Of a DNA stretch of 64,000 nucleotides, positions 10,812-23,799 are shown one piece after another. The DNA comes from Obrimoposthia wandeli. Lineage: Eukaryota. The translations under genes and the position numbers were made by a program. The notes beneath the pieces are model-generated. The model searched no databases. It saw nothing but the letters and a program-made list of their open reading frames with translations, and had not been told where the DNA came from. Position 1 is the first letter of the stretch. Every line of letters begins with the position of its first letter. The stretch spans positions 62,001 through 126,000 of the forward strand of contig CDROCS010001566.1 of the NCBI GenBank assembly GCA_977020255.1, written 5' to 3'.

Positions 10812-13279
10812 AGTAGGTAGAAGGATGGAGTCTAGAACACTTGACACCCTGTGTGTGCACACAAGGTTTAAGGGGGTCACACCCTAAGGGTCTAACTCAG
10901 AAAGGTTATGAAGGTATGGTTGTGACCCTCTATGGTCGGTCAATATACCCAAGGGGTTGTGGTCGTCCATAGATGAAAGGGTCGGACTCAGTTATGACTT
11001 GAAGGTTTGCAGGTATGATTGTGACCATCTATAGGGTTATGGTCGTCCATAGATGAAAGGGTAGGGCTCAGTTATGATTTGAAGGTATAATTGAGGTCAT
11101 CTATAGTTGTCCAACACATCTAAAGGGTTATAGTCGTCCATATATGAAGGGGTCCGGCTAAAGACAAAATCAAGTTTTAAATATCAAGGTTTTAGTACAT
11201 GGTTTGAATCATCTTTAGAAGGAGAATTCAACCATAAAAGTATGGTCGACCATAGATGAAAGGGTTTAAATAAAATTGGAATTTTAAAGTTTTAAGTATA
11301 GGGTTATGATTGTCAAATTTTTTTTATGATCGTTCACAAGTTAAAGGTCATATTTGGAACAAACATGATAATTTTATTACATGGTTGTATTTGTCTATCA
11401 AAATTGAGTTCATAAGTCATGAGTAAGTGAGGAAGTTTATGATAAATGCGAATGTGTGATTTACAAAAGATTAAAGGCAGCCCACATGCAAAATATGATG
11501 GCACGATTACCGAAGTTCAGATTTGAAGAGCCACTTATGGCGTTTGCAAGAGTTGGTGTGGATTTTACGGGACCTTTTTTGACAAAACAAGGTTGAAGAC
11601 AAGTACGAGCCAAAAAAATATGATTGTTTATTTATTAATGTTATTCATTAATTGATAGTATTAATTATTAATTTTATAAACTTTTATTAAAATTTTAGTT
11701 ATTACAAAAGTAAAAGGAAGGGAATAATTAAAGCAAAAAAATTGTAAAAATATGTGCAAGTGAGTTAATATTTTGTATTATTCTATTATTTTTAAATTAA
11801 AAAAAGTATTTTAGTAATTGTTTGTTTTAATTGAGGTACATTTTTTTAATATAATATTTTTTATTCATAAAAAAAACTTGTATATTGTTTTTATTTTAAT
11901 AAATTATTTAAAATTAATATGAATAGTAAAGCATTTGAAATGTAAAATTCTTGACATTGTTTTAATACATTAATTGTAAATAATAAAAATTTTAAAGGTT
12001 TTTTTTAAAGTTTCACTCAGATTTTACAATAATCATATTAGTCTTTGGGATATACGTCGGATATACGTCAATCTTATGAAAATACTTAGAGTAAGTGGAT
12101 TATTTATTAAAAATTGGTAATTATTGCAATTTTTAAATAAATTGTATATTTTTCTTTTATGTTTTAAATCAAATTCGTTTAATTACAGCAATAACAACAA
12201 TAAAAATTTTGTGTACATTTAAATATTTATTATAAATAGTAAAATATTTTGAGTTTATTTAACAATTTTGCTTAAATTTTATATTAAAAAATTTCATTTC
12301 AATATCATATTTTAAAAATATATGTAAAAATAAATTTTGTTTGATGTTTGCGTTTAAAAAAAATGTTTAAATAAACTAATAAAATTAATAAAAATTTTTC
12401 GTAAATTTAAATATTTGTGAAAAAAAAAGAAGTAAAATATTTTTGAGTTTATTAAACATTTTTATCTCATTTTTATATTAAATAATGGTATTTTAATATT
12501 TTATTTTAAAAACCTGTTAAATTAAAATTTGATTAACTTTAACAAAAACTAACAAATTAATTTGGCCCAAATTTAAATTAAAATAAATAAACAAGTATTT
12601 TTATTTTTCAGCAGTACACCTGAACTTATGCATTACTTATGACTTATGAACTCAATTTTGATAGACAAATACAAACATGTAATAAAATTGTTTACATTAT
12701 TAAACGCACAATATTTTGACAATCACAACCATGAACTTAAAATTCTGAAATTCCACTTTTTTAAAACCCTTTCATATATGGTCGGTTTTTCTCCTTCTAA
12801 AGATGATTGAAATCATGTACTAAAACCTTGATTTTGTATTTAGCCCGACCCCTTCATTTATGGACGACCACAACCCTTTAAATGTGATGGCCAATCATAG
12901 TTGACCTCAATTATAACTTCAAACCATCAGTTATATCTAAACCCGACCTCTTCATCTATGGACAATCACAACCTTTTAGAAGTTTTGTCCAACCATACTT
13001 TCAAACCTTCAACTCATAACTGAGCCCAACCCTTTCATCAATGGGTGACCATAACCCTTTAAGTGCGTTGGTCAACTAAAGGTAATTACAACCATACTTT
13101 CAAAGCTTCATAACGTTTCTAAACCAGACCCTTATGGTGTGGCAACCCACCCTTGTGGTATTACACAATTACTCCCGGTATGAAGTAATCACTTTTTGGT
13201 ATGCGCATATATGCATTTGTTAGTGTGCGCACAGGGGTAAGGGGGGACAAGTGTCCTAGACTCCATCCTTCTACCTACT
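10812..13279. mobile_element. Non-autonomous element with ~620-bp TIRs and Polinton-like AGTAGG...CCTACT termini
   Basis: The termini AGTAGGTAGAAGGATGGAGTCTAG are perfect inverted copies. Imperfect inverted similarity extends over about 10812-11430 vs 12625-13279 and includes degenerate ~60-bp subrepeats. The terminus is 19/29 identical, ungapped, to the Polinton terminus at 27841. Confidence 0.8.
11443..11635 (+). pseudogene. BEL/Pao retrotransposon integrase fragment
   Basis: KCECVIYKRLKAAHMQNMMARLPKFRFEEPLMAFARVGVDFTGPFLTKQG*...KK/YDCLF matches the BEL pattern Q-MA-LP...GVDxxGP...KxY-CLF. Confidence 0.8.
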
Positions 13280-13305
13280 GTTTGAACAATTCTTTAATAT
13301 TAATA

Positions 13306-13724
13306 CAGGGTGTCCCATAACGAATTACCCATGTTAAAAAATATTATAAAACGATTATAAATTCGATCAAAATCTTCAAGATTTTTAACTTTGCATGGAG
13401 TATATATTTGCTACACATCCTTATTGTTTCGTTTTACTATATCAATTTTATCAATAAGATATGGCGCCAGAAACAAAACGTGCCCAACTTGTTGCATTAA
13501 AAAATGCTGGAATTTCTAACAGTGATATAGTAAAGCAGCTGGGTGTGTGTCGCAAAACTGTTTTCAACGTCTGGAAACGACATAATGAGGAGGCTACAAC
13601 ATTTGAGAAACCTAATCTAGGACGAAAAAGGTCAATCCGTATAAAACGAGTTGCTGAAGCTGTGATGAAACGAATCAAGAAGGATCCCCATAAAGCTATG
13701 AATATCTCAAAAATTAAAAAATAA
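13306..13724 (+). mobile_element. Tc1/mariner-superfamily 5' fragment (TIR + HTH-domain ORF 13461-13724)
   Basis: TA|CAGGGTGTCCCA terminus; HTH pattern GISNSDIVKQLGVCRKTVFNVWKR...GRKRS. Confidence 0.85.
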
Positions 13725-13830
13725 AAGTACTTTTAGTTACTATTCATAATCCTTCTATTTACACGATAAAAATTAACACAATCGATTGTTTCTTTCTTAA
13801 TTAGTTCGGGAAATTTTTTATCACATCATG
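13705..13830 (-). repeat. Terminal fragment of the mariner family at 56463-57374
   Basis: Reverse complement of about 56463-56580; ends CATG|TA. Confidence 0.75.
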
Positions 13831-14439
13831 TATGAACTGCTAATAGTTAATTAACTTGACAATTGCATTTTTACACAATAGCCATTCATTTGCAAGTAAA
13901 TTTATCAAAATGTATTATTTCTAAGTAAATTTAGTGTTTTTAAATGAATGCTTAAATGTAGAAAAAATTAGAAAAGTTTCCTTCATAAGGTGTCAATAAT
14001 ATTAGGCAACAAACGAGACACTTTCGATTTGCTCTAAATATTTTATACATAACTCCTTAGCGGTGATTTCAAATAAGACTGTTTTGTAATATTCCTAATA
14101 GTTTCAAAGACAATACTAATTAGTTTATATCTAATTAAAGTAAGTATTATATTTTCAAAGGTAATTTAGGTTAATTTTTAAAAAAAATTAATTATCAAAG
14201 AATAATATTAAAAATAACTCTAAATAAATGCAAAAATTACACGAATTGTTTCTTGATACATCTATAATTTTTTTTGATAAAGAAGTTTTTTTGCACGAAA
14301 AAAAAATCATTAAAAACACTTAGAATTTATATTGAAATAAAACATAATTCAATAAAATAATTTCTGTTTATTTCAATTTTTTTCTTCTAATGATGAATAA
14401 ATTTTTAATATTTATTTTGAATAAATTCTTATTGCATGT

Positions 14440-14660
14440 GGAGAAGAACTCTTTGACATAATCTTCAACTTCATAACTCGTGTTAAACATTTTACTGTTC
14501 AAACTATTTTTCATAAACCTAAATCAGTGGTAATCGCTAGGTACCAGGAGAATATGTGGATGTTCAATTGATCTCCATTACAATATTTGAAGAAGTTTAC
14601 GTGTTTGAACACTAACATGTGGCTTAGCATTATCTTGATGGGATAAACCTTTCCCTACTG
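14440..14660 (-). pseudogene. Mariner transposase relic
   Basis: Minus strand reads HQDNAKPHVS..T..LL...W..IEHP....PSDYH (HDNARPH / HPPYSPDLAPSDYH motifs). Confidence 0.65.
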
Positions 14661-15455
14661 ATGCGCGAAAGTATTTTTTCTTTTAAAGCTTTTTTCATGT
14701 TAAATAACAAGTATAAATATATATCACATAGATTGATTATCCTCCAATACTTCGTATTATATAATTCCTTTCATATGCTATCATACGCACAACATTACTT
14801 TCTTCATTGTATATTTTATTTTGCTTGTTTGAAATTTTTCATCATTTTCATAGCAACTTTATTTTCCATTTGATTCTCAAATGTTATTCTATTTACATGT
14901 GATGTTACAATTCTGTAAAAATATTCTTTATTTTTCCACTTAAACCACAATTTTTTGTATGCACTTGCACGATCAACACTTTTCTCACTCCAAACCTGGT
15001 ATCTTATTTCTTTGTCATACTAATACACATTATGGATGGATGAAAATATTAATCCCCCTTCTTTTACCGTTATATGTCTGTAACTTTGTACTTCGATTTT
15101 TAAATTTTGTAGGTTCAAAATCTTTGGTCTGCCACATATGTAAGCATCTTTCATATCATTAACAACGCACTCCAAACATTATAACCATAGCTGAACTACA
15201 CGACGACTAATTTAATTGCTTTTATATGATACATTTATTCTTTTAGTGGTTACATTAGCACTTGAAACTCTTAAACACAGTGTATAATAGACCTAAACTG
15301 AGGTCTATAATAACTCAAATATTATAATGTATATTTATAAATTTACTTTTATAATGTAAATAAATAAGGGACTTAAACAAAATATGAGTCACAAACTTTA
15401 GATTCATTTTTTTAACTTAATTTCAATTATGAAAAAAAACATTTCTAACAACATA

Positions 15456-15677
15456 TTATTTGCAATAAGATCTTTTCCGTTTAAATGAATAATATAATAA
15501 TAGGTTCACAAACCCGTCTTGACTCCTTCTTGGATCTTGGTACAGATCTTTTTCTACATAAGAACTCATCTGGGAGTCCGATGGATTCGGTTCAGGCTCC
15601 ATTCGGAGTTTTCCATCATCTTCGTCGACACTGAGCATACTACCCTTGACAGAGGTCGCAAGCATCAACTCCTCTGG
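15456..15677 (-). CDS. Host gene exon (cytoplasmic tail): PEELMLATSVKGSMLSVDEDDGK...
   Basis: Acceptor TTCTAG| at 15678 is phase 0, matching the upstream exon. The exon may end at donor GG|GTTTGT (15514) or run to the stop at 15456. Confidence 0.65.
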   Translation of the reverse strand, partial: PEELMLATSVKGSMLSVDEDDGKLRMEPEPNPSDSQMSSYVEKDLYQDPRRSQDGFVNLLLYYSFKRKRSYCK

Positions 15678-16408
15678 CTAGAAAAGGCAGAATATGACCA
15701 AGTAACATTTTCTAACTTTTGATCTTTTATACAAATTATTTAAATAAAAACATCAGAAAAATATGGGATGTAAATAAGCTTTTTATGAAATAAAATATAA
15801 ATGAAATTAATACACCTCATTCAGCGCAAAGTGAAGATACTTCAAGTTTCTATTGATATTTTTTGTATGTAACTAATACTTAGTACTTTTAGTTCTAGTA
15901 AAATTAATTTAAAACAATCTATTATATCAATAAATATCCAACATCATTTGCATATTGCGAATGATTAAAGTACGTGTGCATAAATAATAAATTTGTTTTT
16001 CACTCGTAGCTTGTATATGGAAGATTTCTATAGCATTTGTTTGCAATATTTACAGTGATTAACCATGTTTGATCTGATGGAATTTACAAAGTTGATTATT
16101 ATAAATAAAATAGAAAGTAAAAGTCATATTCAAAATTATGTGCAGCTTTATTGAATGGATATAAACAACCATGACTGACGATGAACTCATATAACTCATT
16201 CTGCACAAAAAACAGCACCCATGAGAAGTGTCAAATTTGGAAATATTAGAAAATTAGTGCTCAGGTGCTGGACAATATAGAAGTGATTAGGATACGGCTG
16301 TTCTTGTACAAAACCTAAGTAGCTCACTTTATGCTGCCCATTAAATACGTATTAAGCCATCTAAAATCACATTTCCTGCATTCATACAAGGATATATTTC
16401 TCACTAAC

Positions 16409-16717
16409 CTTGTCTTCTATCACTTCTGCCCGTTTGGCTTTCATTTTCTTGCGAGGCCCAACACGACCACCGCGCGCCAGCAATGATCGCCACGTTAGCA
16501 AGCACCACTCACACGGCCCAAGCCCTATGATATTGATCAGTAGCACCGCAATAAGCATTGAGCTCAGCACCAACATTGTCACTAACGCCACATGCTCCAG
16601 TCGGTCTAGAATTCCCAAGGTGTTCCACATCGACTTGGATGGCTTCAGTTGCTCGTTCCAGCGAAATGAATCATCCAGGATCCTCTCCTCGTCAGGGTTC
16701 CAGCCAACTCCCATCAA
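16409..16717 (-). CDS. Host gene exon with transmembrane helix and basic stop-transfer region
   Basis: TTGCAG| acceptor and AAG|GTTAGT donor, 309 nt phase 0-0, GC-rich against an AT background. Hydrophobic VALVTMLVLSSMLIAVLLINIIG is followed by RKKMKAKR. Confidence 0.8.
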
Positions 16718-16882
16718 CTGCAAGATACAGAGAATCGAATGGGCAGTTATGCAAAACGTTAATAACATTATGCAACGAACTAAAAACTTTCTTTGTTATT
16801 TTCAAATCGGAAAACTATTTTATGATATTCCTAATAGTTTCAAAGATAATACTAATTAATTTATTTCTAATTAAAATAAGTA

Positions 16883-17257
16883 CACCAAAACCTCGATTTG
16901 CGTTGTTAATTGGGACCAGAGAAAGACGACGCAAATAAGTACACCAAAACCTCGATTTGCAGTGTTAATTGGGACCAGAGAAAGACGACGCAATTCAAAA
17001 CAACACAAATCGAATTTTTTTGTGTAAGAAAAATATTTTAACCTTTACATCAGTAATTACCTTTTAAAACAACTTTTTACAGAAAAATTTAACTAATACT
17101 AAATGGGAAATCCTCTTTATAAAAGGGAAATCACCTCTAAACTCTAGCAATGTAATTAAAAATATTAACGGTTTTAAAAAACATATCAACTCGAACGCAA
17201 AGCAAATATAAATTTAACGACACAACTTCGAAAGCGACGCAAATCGGGATTTTGGTG
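16883..17257. mobile_element. TA-targeting MITE with a 59-bp tandem duplication of its left end
   Basis: TIRs CACCAAAACCTCGATTTGCGT / ACGCAAATCGGGATTTTGGTG; 16875-16992 is 2x59 bp; an empty-site paralog of the flanks is at about 14085-14165. Confidence 0.75.
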
Positions 17258-18076
17258 TGCTACATTTTCAAAAGTTCTTTTGTGTTTAAATATTTTTTTA
17301 TATTATCAAAAAATAATTATAAAGTAGCTGCAAATTAAATGTTAAAATGACCCGAATGGTTTCTTTATTCATTTGTTAATTTTATATTCGTAAAAATGAG
17401 CGTTTCCAAGAAATGGAAAGTAATTCGAAAGTTACAGCTTAAAGAAAATATTTTTATCTCTTTTTCTGATTAAGTTATTTAGGAAAATCATGGACTCCAC
17501 AAATGATTTATTTTGCACATTATTAACAGCCTGGTTACGTGAATAAAATGTCATTCGGTATTCTAGGAGTTTAGAGAAAACGCAAAATCACTCAAATGTT
17601 TCTGTAAAGTAATTGAAAGCAAAGAAAAAAAGAAACTAATTACATCAGTTATTCAGATTTTGAATCCTCATACATATTTCAATTTTTTTTCAACAATTTT
17701 TAAATAGTTTATGATGAAAATATATAGAAAAAATGAGGATGAGAAATAATTATAAACATATTAAGTAAATATGACATTTAAGTTTAAGTAAACAGAAAAC
17801 AGAATTATTATATTTGCTTTATTAATGTGCTTAATTAAGGTTATTACTTTAATATAGTTTTTCCCCTCGTTCAATAGAGCTAACTTATTTATAGATGGAT
17901 CAGAAAATAGTATAAAATCAGTACTGCTTAAAAATTACAACGAAAAAAATCAAGTATTGTCGCTTAAACATACTAGAATACGAAAACGTTATCCGAGAAA
18001 ACAATGAAGAATACGAATGGGTTATTTGATTTATTTTTAAAGTTATTGGTATCCTTCTAGGTCAACGAAAAATGTA

Positions 18077-19692
18077 GAGTAAGCCGGGGCCAATTCGTCA
18101 TAGATAAAATAAACATATATACGATTCCTCAGACGTATATAACATTGTATTTGAAGATGTATTGATATTATTATAAGTACTAAATAAATTTTTAAAAATT
18201 GTTTAAAATCTATGCTTACAGTAAAAAAGCAAAATATTAAAATTCTTCACTTTACCGTGACATTTTGTTATTTTCAAATTTTTTCATTAGCACAACTTTG
18301 TATAACGAATTTTGCACGAAATGTAAATGATTATTTATTTTTAAAAAGAAAAATGTATCTCTTATTCATAAAATAATACCTTATATATTTACTATGAAAC
18401 AGATTATTTATATAAAGCACTCAAAATTGTTTAAGATTTGCGGGTTCACTATGTTATGATAATTTATTAATTGCTGATATAACAAAATTTTAAAAAATAC
18501 ATGAAAAATATAAAGGCGCCGTTAACGTTGACATTTAATTGGGATACGACTACATTCCTTCAGTAGTGGAATATTGTACAAGCAAACAGACTGCTGCCAG
18601 AGAAAAGTTGCTTCTAGATTTTAGATGGACACAGCAGCCATACCGAATTTTATGCCTTGGAATTCGCAGTGGAACACAAAATTGAAATAATTTAAACCCC
18701 TTCACACACCTCCCACAGACTGCAGTCATTGGCCACTCATTAAAACGGCCCATTGAAGAAGTTAAGGGAGCAGTTGGTTCATGAACATTTGCGGGAAAAA
18801 GACGATTTTAAATCAATCGATTCGACTTCATCAAGTTTTATCGAGAAACAAAAGATATCATGATGAACAAAAAAGTGATCTAGTCATAAAAGCATTTCAA
18901 CAATGTTGTAATTTTCTCTCAAAAAAACGTAGTACAACACAGAATTTGAAATTTCCTGAAAAATTAATTGTCAACATTGAAATGCGACAAACCATTGCAC
19001 CAGTTGAGAAGGTAACATTCCCCAGTTTAATCAAGAAAGCTTCTTCTGCTCATAAAATACTACATGTCACACAACTTTGTTTATCAAGCAATGTTGTTAA
19101 GAGTAGGTGTAGGTTAACAGCGAAGATGATAAAGCTTCAAAAGAAGACATCTAATTCTCAAGAAAGCAAGCCAACTACATCGATGACAGGTGATTTTCCA
19201 TCTGCTTCAGACATCAACGTCAAAGGCCATTAGAATACCTTACAGGTTGCTATCTTGTAAAGAAGATTTAGCTTCGAGAAGTTCTTGTGCGAAGGGTATA
19301 TTCGTCATTCTTGTAAAGAACCATGAAAGGTGAAAAGCATGGTAGATTTTTACAAATGTATTATTTGACAATGGAATTGCGAAGACAGCTTTGAGGTTGA
19401 AAGATGTATATTATGTATGTAAATATGACTGTTACTGATATTTTAAACTATGTACGTAGTAATTTAGTATATTTTATATACAAAAACGTATCTATGCTGC
19501 ATATATCAGTATCGTTATATTATTGACGGATTGACCCCAGGCTTACGGCCAAAAGATAAGCGTTTGTTTACATTTACTATTTATCATTTTAAGATTATGA
19601 ATATATTTTCTTGTTACAATCATTGTGGAGTGTCTTTGACATATTATTCAGTATAAATTTATCAAATATGACGAACTGCCCCCGGTCTACCC
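18077..19692 (+). mobile_element. pogo/Fot1-like DNA transposon, internally deleted and degraded
   Basis: TIRs G(A/G)GTA..CCGGGGC..TTCGTCAT flanked by TA. Transposase motifs ILDGHSSH and PSHTSHRLQSL (PPHTSHxLQPLD); C-terminal FPSLIKKA and Cys-rich remnant. Confidence 0.85.
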
Positions 19693-20129
19693 TACCAAAT
19701 ATGTATTTTATTTAGGTTTGGGATTTTAGAGCTATTCTAAATCATTTTAATAAACGAGAATGGCTAATACGAGAAACTATTTGAATGTTCGCTTCAAGTC
19801 AAGACGTTCTTTTTTCAACTTCAAAGTGCATATTCCAAAAAATCACAAAACACAGTTTTAGTTCCTTCCTTCGTTTGTGGCCTTTGACTAAGGATATCAT
19901 GTAATAATTAAGTTATTGACTTTTAGTATTTTAATATAATTCATTTGTATTTCAGCCATTTCATATAGAATGTTCAGATTATAAAAGTTACTCTTAGAGA
20001 ATCAAAGTTTTACAGCTTAGGGATGGATATGTGATGATGTTTAGGTCTATTTCTTATGATGGTTAAGTAAATATAAATATTATTGAAAATAGATTGATGA
20101 CAATAAACCTGCACATACCTGATAATTAT

Positions 20130-20330
20130 GTCTTCAGAAAAATGTAAAGGAATCCAAAGAAAAATATAATTTGACTACAAGACAATGCTAGACCTGATAC
20201 AGTTTCAAAGTTGTCGATTTTTTCAGATCCAAACATATAATTCTTATCTTTTGGCCTGCATATTCTCGATTCATTTAGAACAATTGCGTAGAAAAAGTTA
20301 GATTATGCTTTACGAGACCACAGTAGATGG
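20130..20330 (+). pseudogene. Mariner transposase relic
   Basis: LQDNARPD motif at about 20178-20200. Confidence 0.4.
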
Positions 20331-20829
20331 TTTTATATTATTATACCCTGAATTCAAAAATGTAGCTCAGTAGTTTGTATCACATCGTCATTTTTAAAAA
20401 CTGTCAAAAAATATAAATAAACATACATGGATTGATAAGAATAGTTCATATGTCTTATTCTTTATTCAACTACAATCAAAACTAAAATCATAAAATTCGA
20501 CTTCAAAAATATACTGTACAATTATATCATCAAAACAACATCAACCTATTATTGGTCTATTCAAATTAATCGCTGATTAACAATACATTATCAATATACC
20601 CTTCACCATAATCAGATCTAATCATTAACCTAAATCAGACAAACCACCAAAGCTCTCATCTGAGCAACAACAAATAAACAGGCTCGGGACCCTATTGTAC
20701 CACTTCCAAACCACTTCCAAACACTTCATCTACCACGTTACCCACACAACGATATATTGAGCTTACTATCCTCTGAACACTTTAGCAACTCTGTTAAAAT
20801 CGTTTTAACCAAAACCTAATTTGATAATT

Positions 20830-23560
20830 CTTGTTAATTTTCATTTTCCCTCTTCATACTTTTTATTCAGAATCATCGCTATTTCATTAAGTTTCTATGG
20901 CTTCTTTTCCTCCAACCACTTTTTACTTGCTGACCACATTGGCACTACTTCTTTCATCTCAAACATTCATAACAACCTCCACTTATCTCTAATATTTTTT
21001 CCTTCTTCTACTAATCTCACAACAGGTAATCAAGTAATAAAAATGTTTTGGGTGTCGTAATTTCTTACACTTTTCTGTCCATGCTCATGTAGTTAATTGG
21101 GCGATAATTTACTATCTGTTCTACTTTATTCAATATTGTCGCATCATCTTATAAATCCGCTTGTTTCTAATACCTGCATCATAACTTGAATAACTGATTT
21201 TATCATTATCTCAAAACTTTACCATCTTTCGGTGCAATAGAAGGGTTCAAAATCCATCTGATTTAGTTGCTCGTCAATTCTTTTTTTATCGTATAGCTAT
21301 CAATCATTATCTCTTTGATATCTCCAACAGTACCTACGAAATTGGAAATAATAGTCACTGTCTTATTCGTCGTCGCACAAACACTTTAAACATATTAAAA
21401 AACGTATCTGCGTCAATCTGTATGCCATTTTTCAAATTTATTATTCGCAGTTGCAGAAAAATAAACATGCATAAATATCGTTTTCTCCTAATCTTTCTTC
21501 TACCTTACTTAGTTAAAAATGCTCATAGGAATTTTGGTAACTTATATTTGTTGTTCTATATGTCGCGGTTTTTACCGTTTACACGATACATAATGGATAC
21601 CAACCTTTATTTTTAGCTGTCTCACCTTTAAGATGCAAAACATTTTTTGAAGTTGGCTTAATGCATATTGGATACTTGTTCAATGTCAATATTTTCTATA
21701 TTAGTATCGTACAATCAGTCTACTCAACCAACTTCTTTCTGATGACACTATGAAGTATTTAGTGTCAAAAACTAAACATACTGCTCACTAACATATAATC
21801 GTATAGAAATTGTTTAAATCTTTGTATTTTACTTTTCTTTGATACAGCTTCATCTTTTTGTATACTTTTGACTTTCTCTGGAAATAACTTCAATAGATTT
21901 CCCTTAATTAGATATCGTATTGAAAATTTAATTTCATCCAGCCTCAGCTCTTCTTGTCTTCATTTTTCTTGAGGTTTTGACAATTCAAGATGAAACGAGT
22001 TATCATGCTTTAATTTGTTTTAACTTCGAAAACGTTTCAATCTCCAAAAAAATTCTACTACAGCTTCTTTTAGTGGTAAAAAACACATCTCCAGTGATAT
22101 CGCTGTTGCCATCTCATTCACTAAATCGAGGAATTATTGGCGATTTTCTTATGTTTAACTAGGAATTCAGACAATTTCATTTTTCTGTAACTCAGTAAGT
22201 TCTACAGCCCCAATTCTCGTGACAACACATCCACAGAATTTTTCTTTATGGAACATACCTTCGCTGATTTGGTTCTTTTACCCCCAAAATGATTACTCAC
22301 TCGGTTTACGACAAATGGTTTATAATATCTCCATGGTTGTTTGATCCACCACAACACATATTCACTATCTAAGCAAAAAGTTAAGTTTTTGATAAATCTA
22401 CCCACTGTGTTTGAGAACCTATGCCTATTTTAAACCTTTGCAAGCTACCATAAATTCTAACCTTGGAATACTAATTAGTTTTAATGGAGTTACTCTGTCT
22501 TTTTCCATTTTTAATAATACATCAATTTCGTTCTGGTGAACACTTCTTACATATTCTACAGACCTAAGCGCACCATGACCCATCCACAAACCCATATACA
22601 TTTTGTCTGTCATATTTTGTTTTTCATAATACATCTAGGTTTTCTTAATTTCTGCAACGTCTCACATTACGAAATCAAAGAATGAGCGTTTCTCTCTAAT
22701 GGACTTTTAATAACTTCATACTAATTCATTCCACCTAACCAAATCTTTTGCACTAAAACTTTAGCACACATTATAAATGAACCCAAAATCCCAAGGGTTA
22801 AGATACTAAGAAATTGTCTTTTAGTCATATATATTTTTGCAATTTCTTATATTACTTTTAAGTGTGATATAGTCCTCTACATCATTCCATTTTTTTTCCT
22901 CAACGTTCTTATCTCTCTAATTTCAACTTGAATTTGCAATATACTTGCTGGTCGAATAATGGAATCGTATCATTGACTATTTTACTGTTTAATACCCACT
23001 TTTTAGCTTGCATTCCACTCCTTTCCCGTCCTCTTTTTATTCTGCAATCTTTCTTACATATATATCTGCCGTATCTACTGCAAACATTATCCATATACAT
23101 AGAGTCTAATATGAATTTTATGCTTTCTGGATATTCTTGTTGTAATTATTGTGCATTTTCATGCACCATAATCTGTACCAAAAATGGAGAAACATTTATG
23201 CCAAATACCAATCATTCATACTCATAAGCAATGGCACTGTTATTTTGTCCGAACAGCAGACATCCCAACATGATTGATTTCTTTCACTACTGCAAATCTC
23301 TTGTCTCTGGATCATCGTATCTTAATCAAGTTACTTTCGAATTTTGGCCAACTATAAATTATGGAATTCAAATACATTTCACTGGTGAGTCAAAAACAAT
23401 TCGAACCTTGGTTGTTTCTTTGTCTCAACGTAATAAAGGAAAATGTGATGGATACCAACGAGGATTTTGTTACAAATGTATACAAAAAAACATATAATTT
23501 GCACATATATATTTTGGGGGTTATAAATTCACCCAACCATGTTTTCACAATATATCAATA
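20830..23560 (-). mobile_element. BEL/Pao LTR retrotransposon pol relic (RT, RNase H, integrase remnants)
   Basis: YMDN (RT), FG..SPFL, KDRVTPLKLISIPRLE, LDSEYVLWWIK...FVVNRV and KNSVDVLSR (NPADxxSRG). A PPT-like GAAGAGGGAAAA followed by TG lies at 20843-20855. Confidence 0.85.
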
Positions 23561-23799
23561 AAGTATTACACGATGGTCACAAAGTTAACCACACAAAAAT
23601 CCATATAAGTTTACTACTATTCTCTCAAAACACCTCCAACTGTGTTTTTTTACAAAAATCTTGATGTGATAGCAAAACATTGAAATAGTTTTGAAATCAG
23701 CACTAAAATGCTTATAGAATATTATAATGAATTTTTGTAAATTCAAACCATGTATATTAAGGTAAATAGAGAACGTGTTGAAGATTTTTAAATATTTGA

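Noticed and set aside
15815-15850. Micro-exon between host exons 16409 and 15677
   Set aside because: 34 nt would break the phase 0-0 junction and gives a stop in the required frame
16410-16938. Plus-strand ORFs 16410-16859 and 16558-16938
   Set aside because: Antisense to the TM exon, which has proper splice sites
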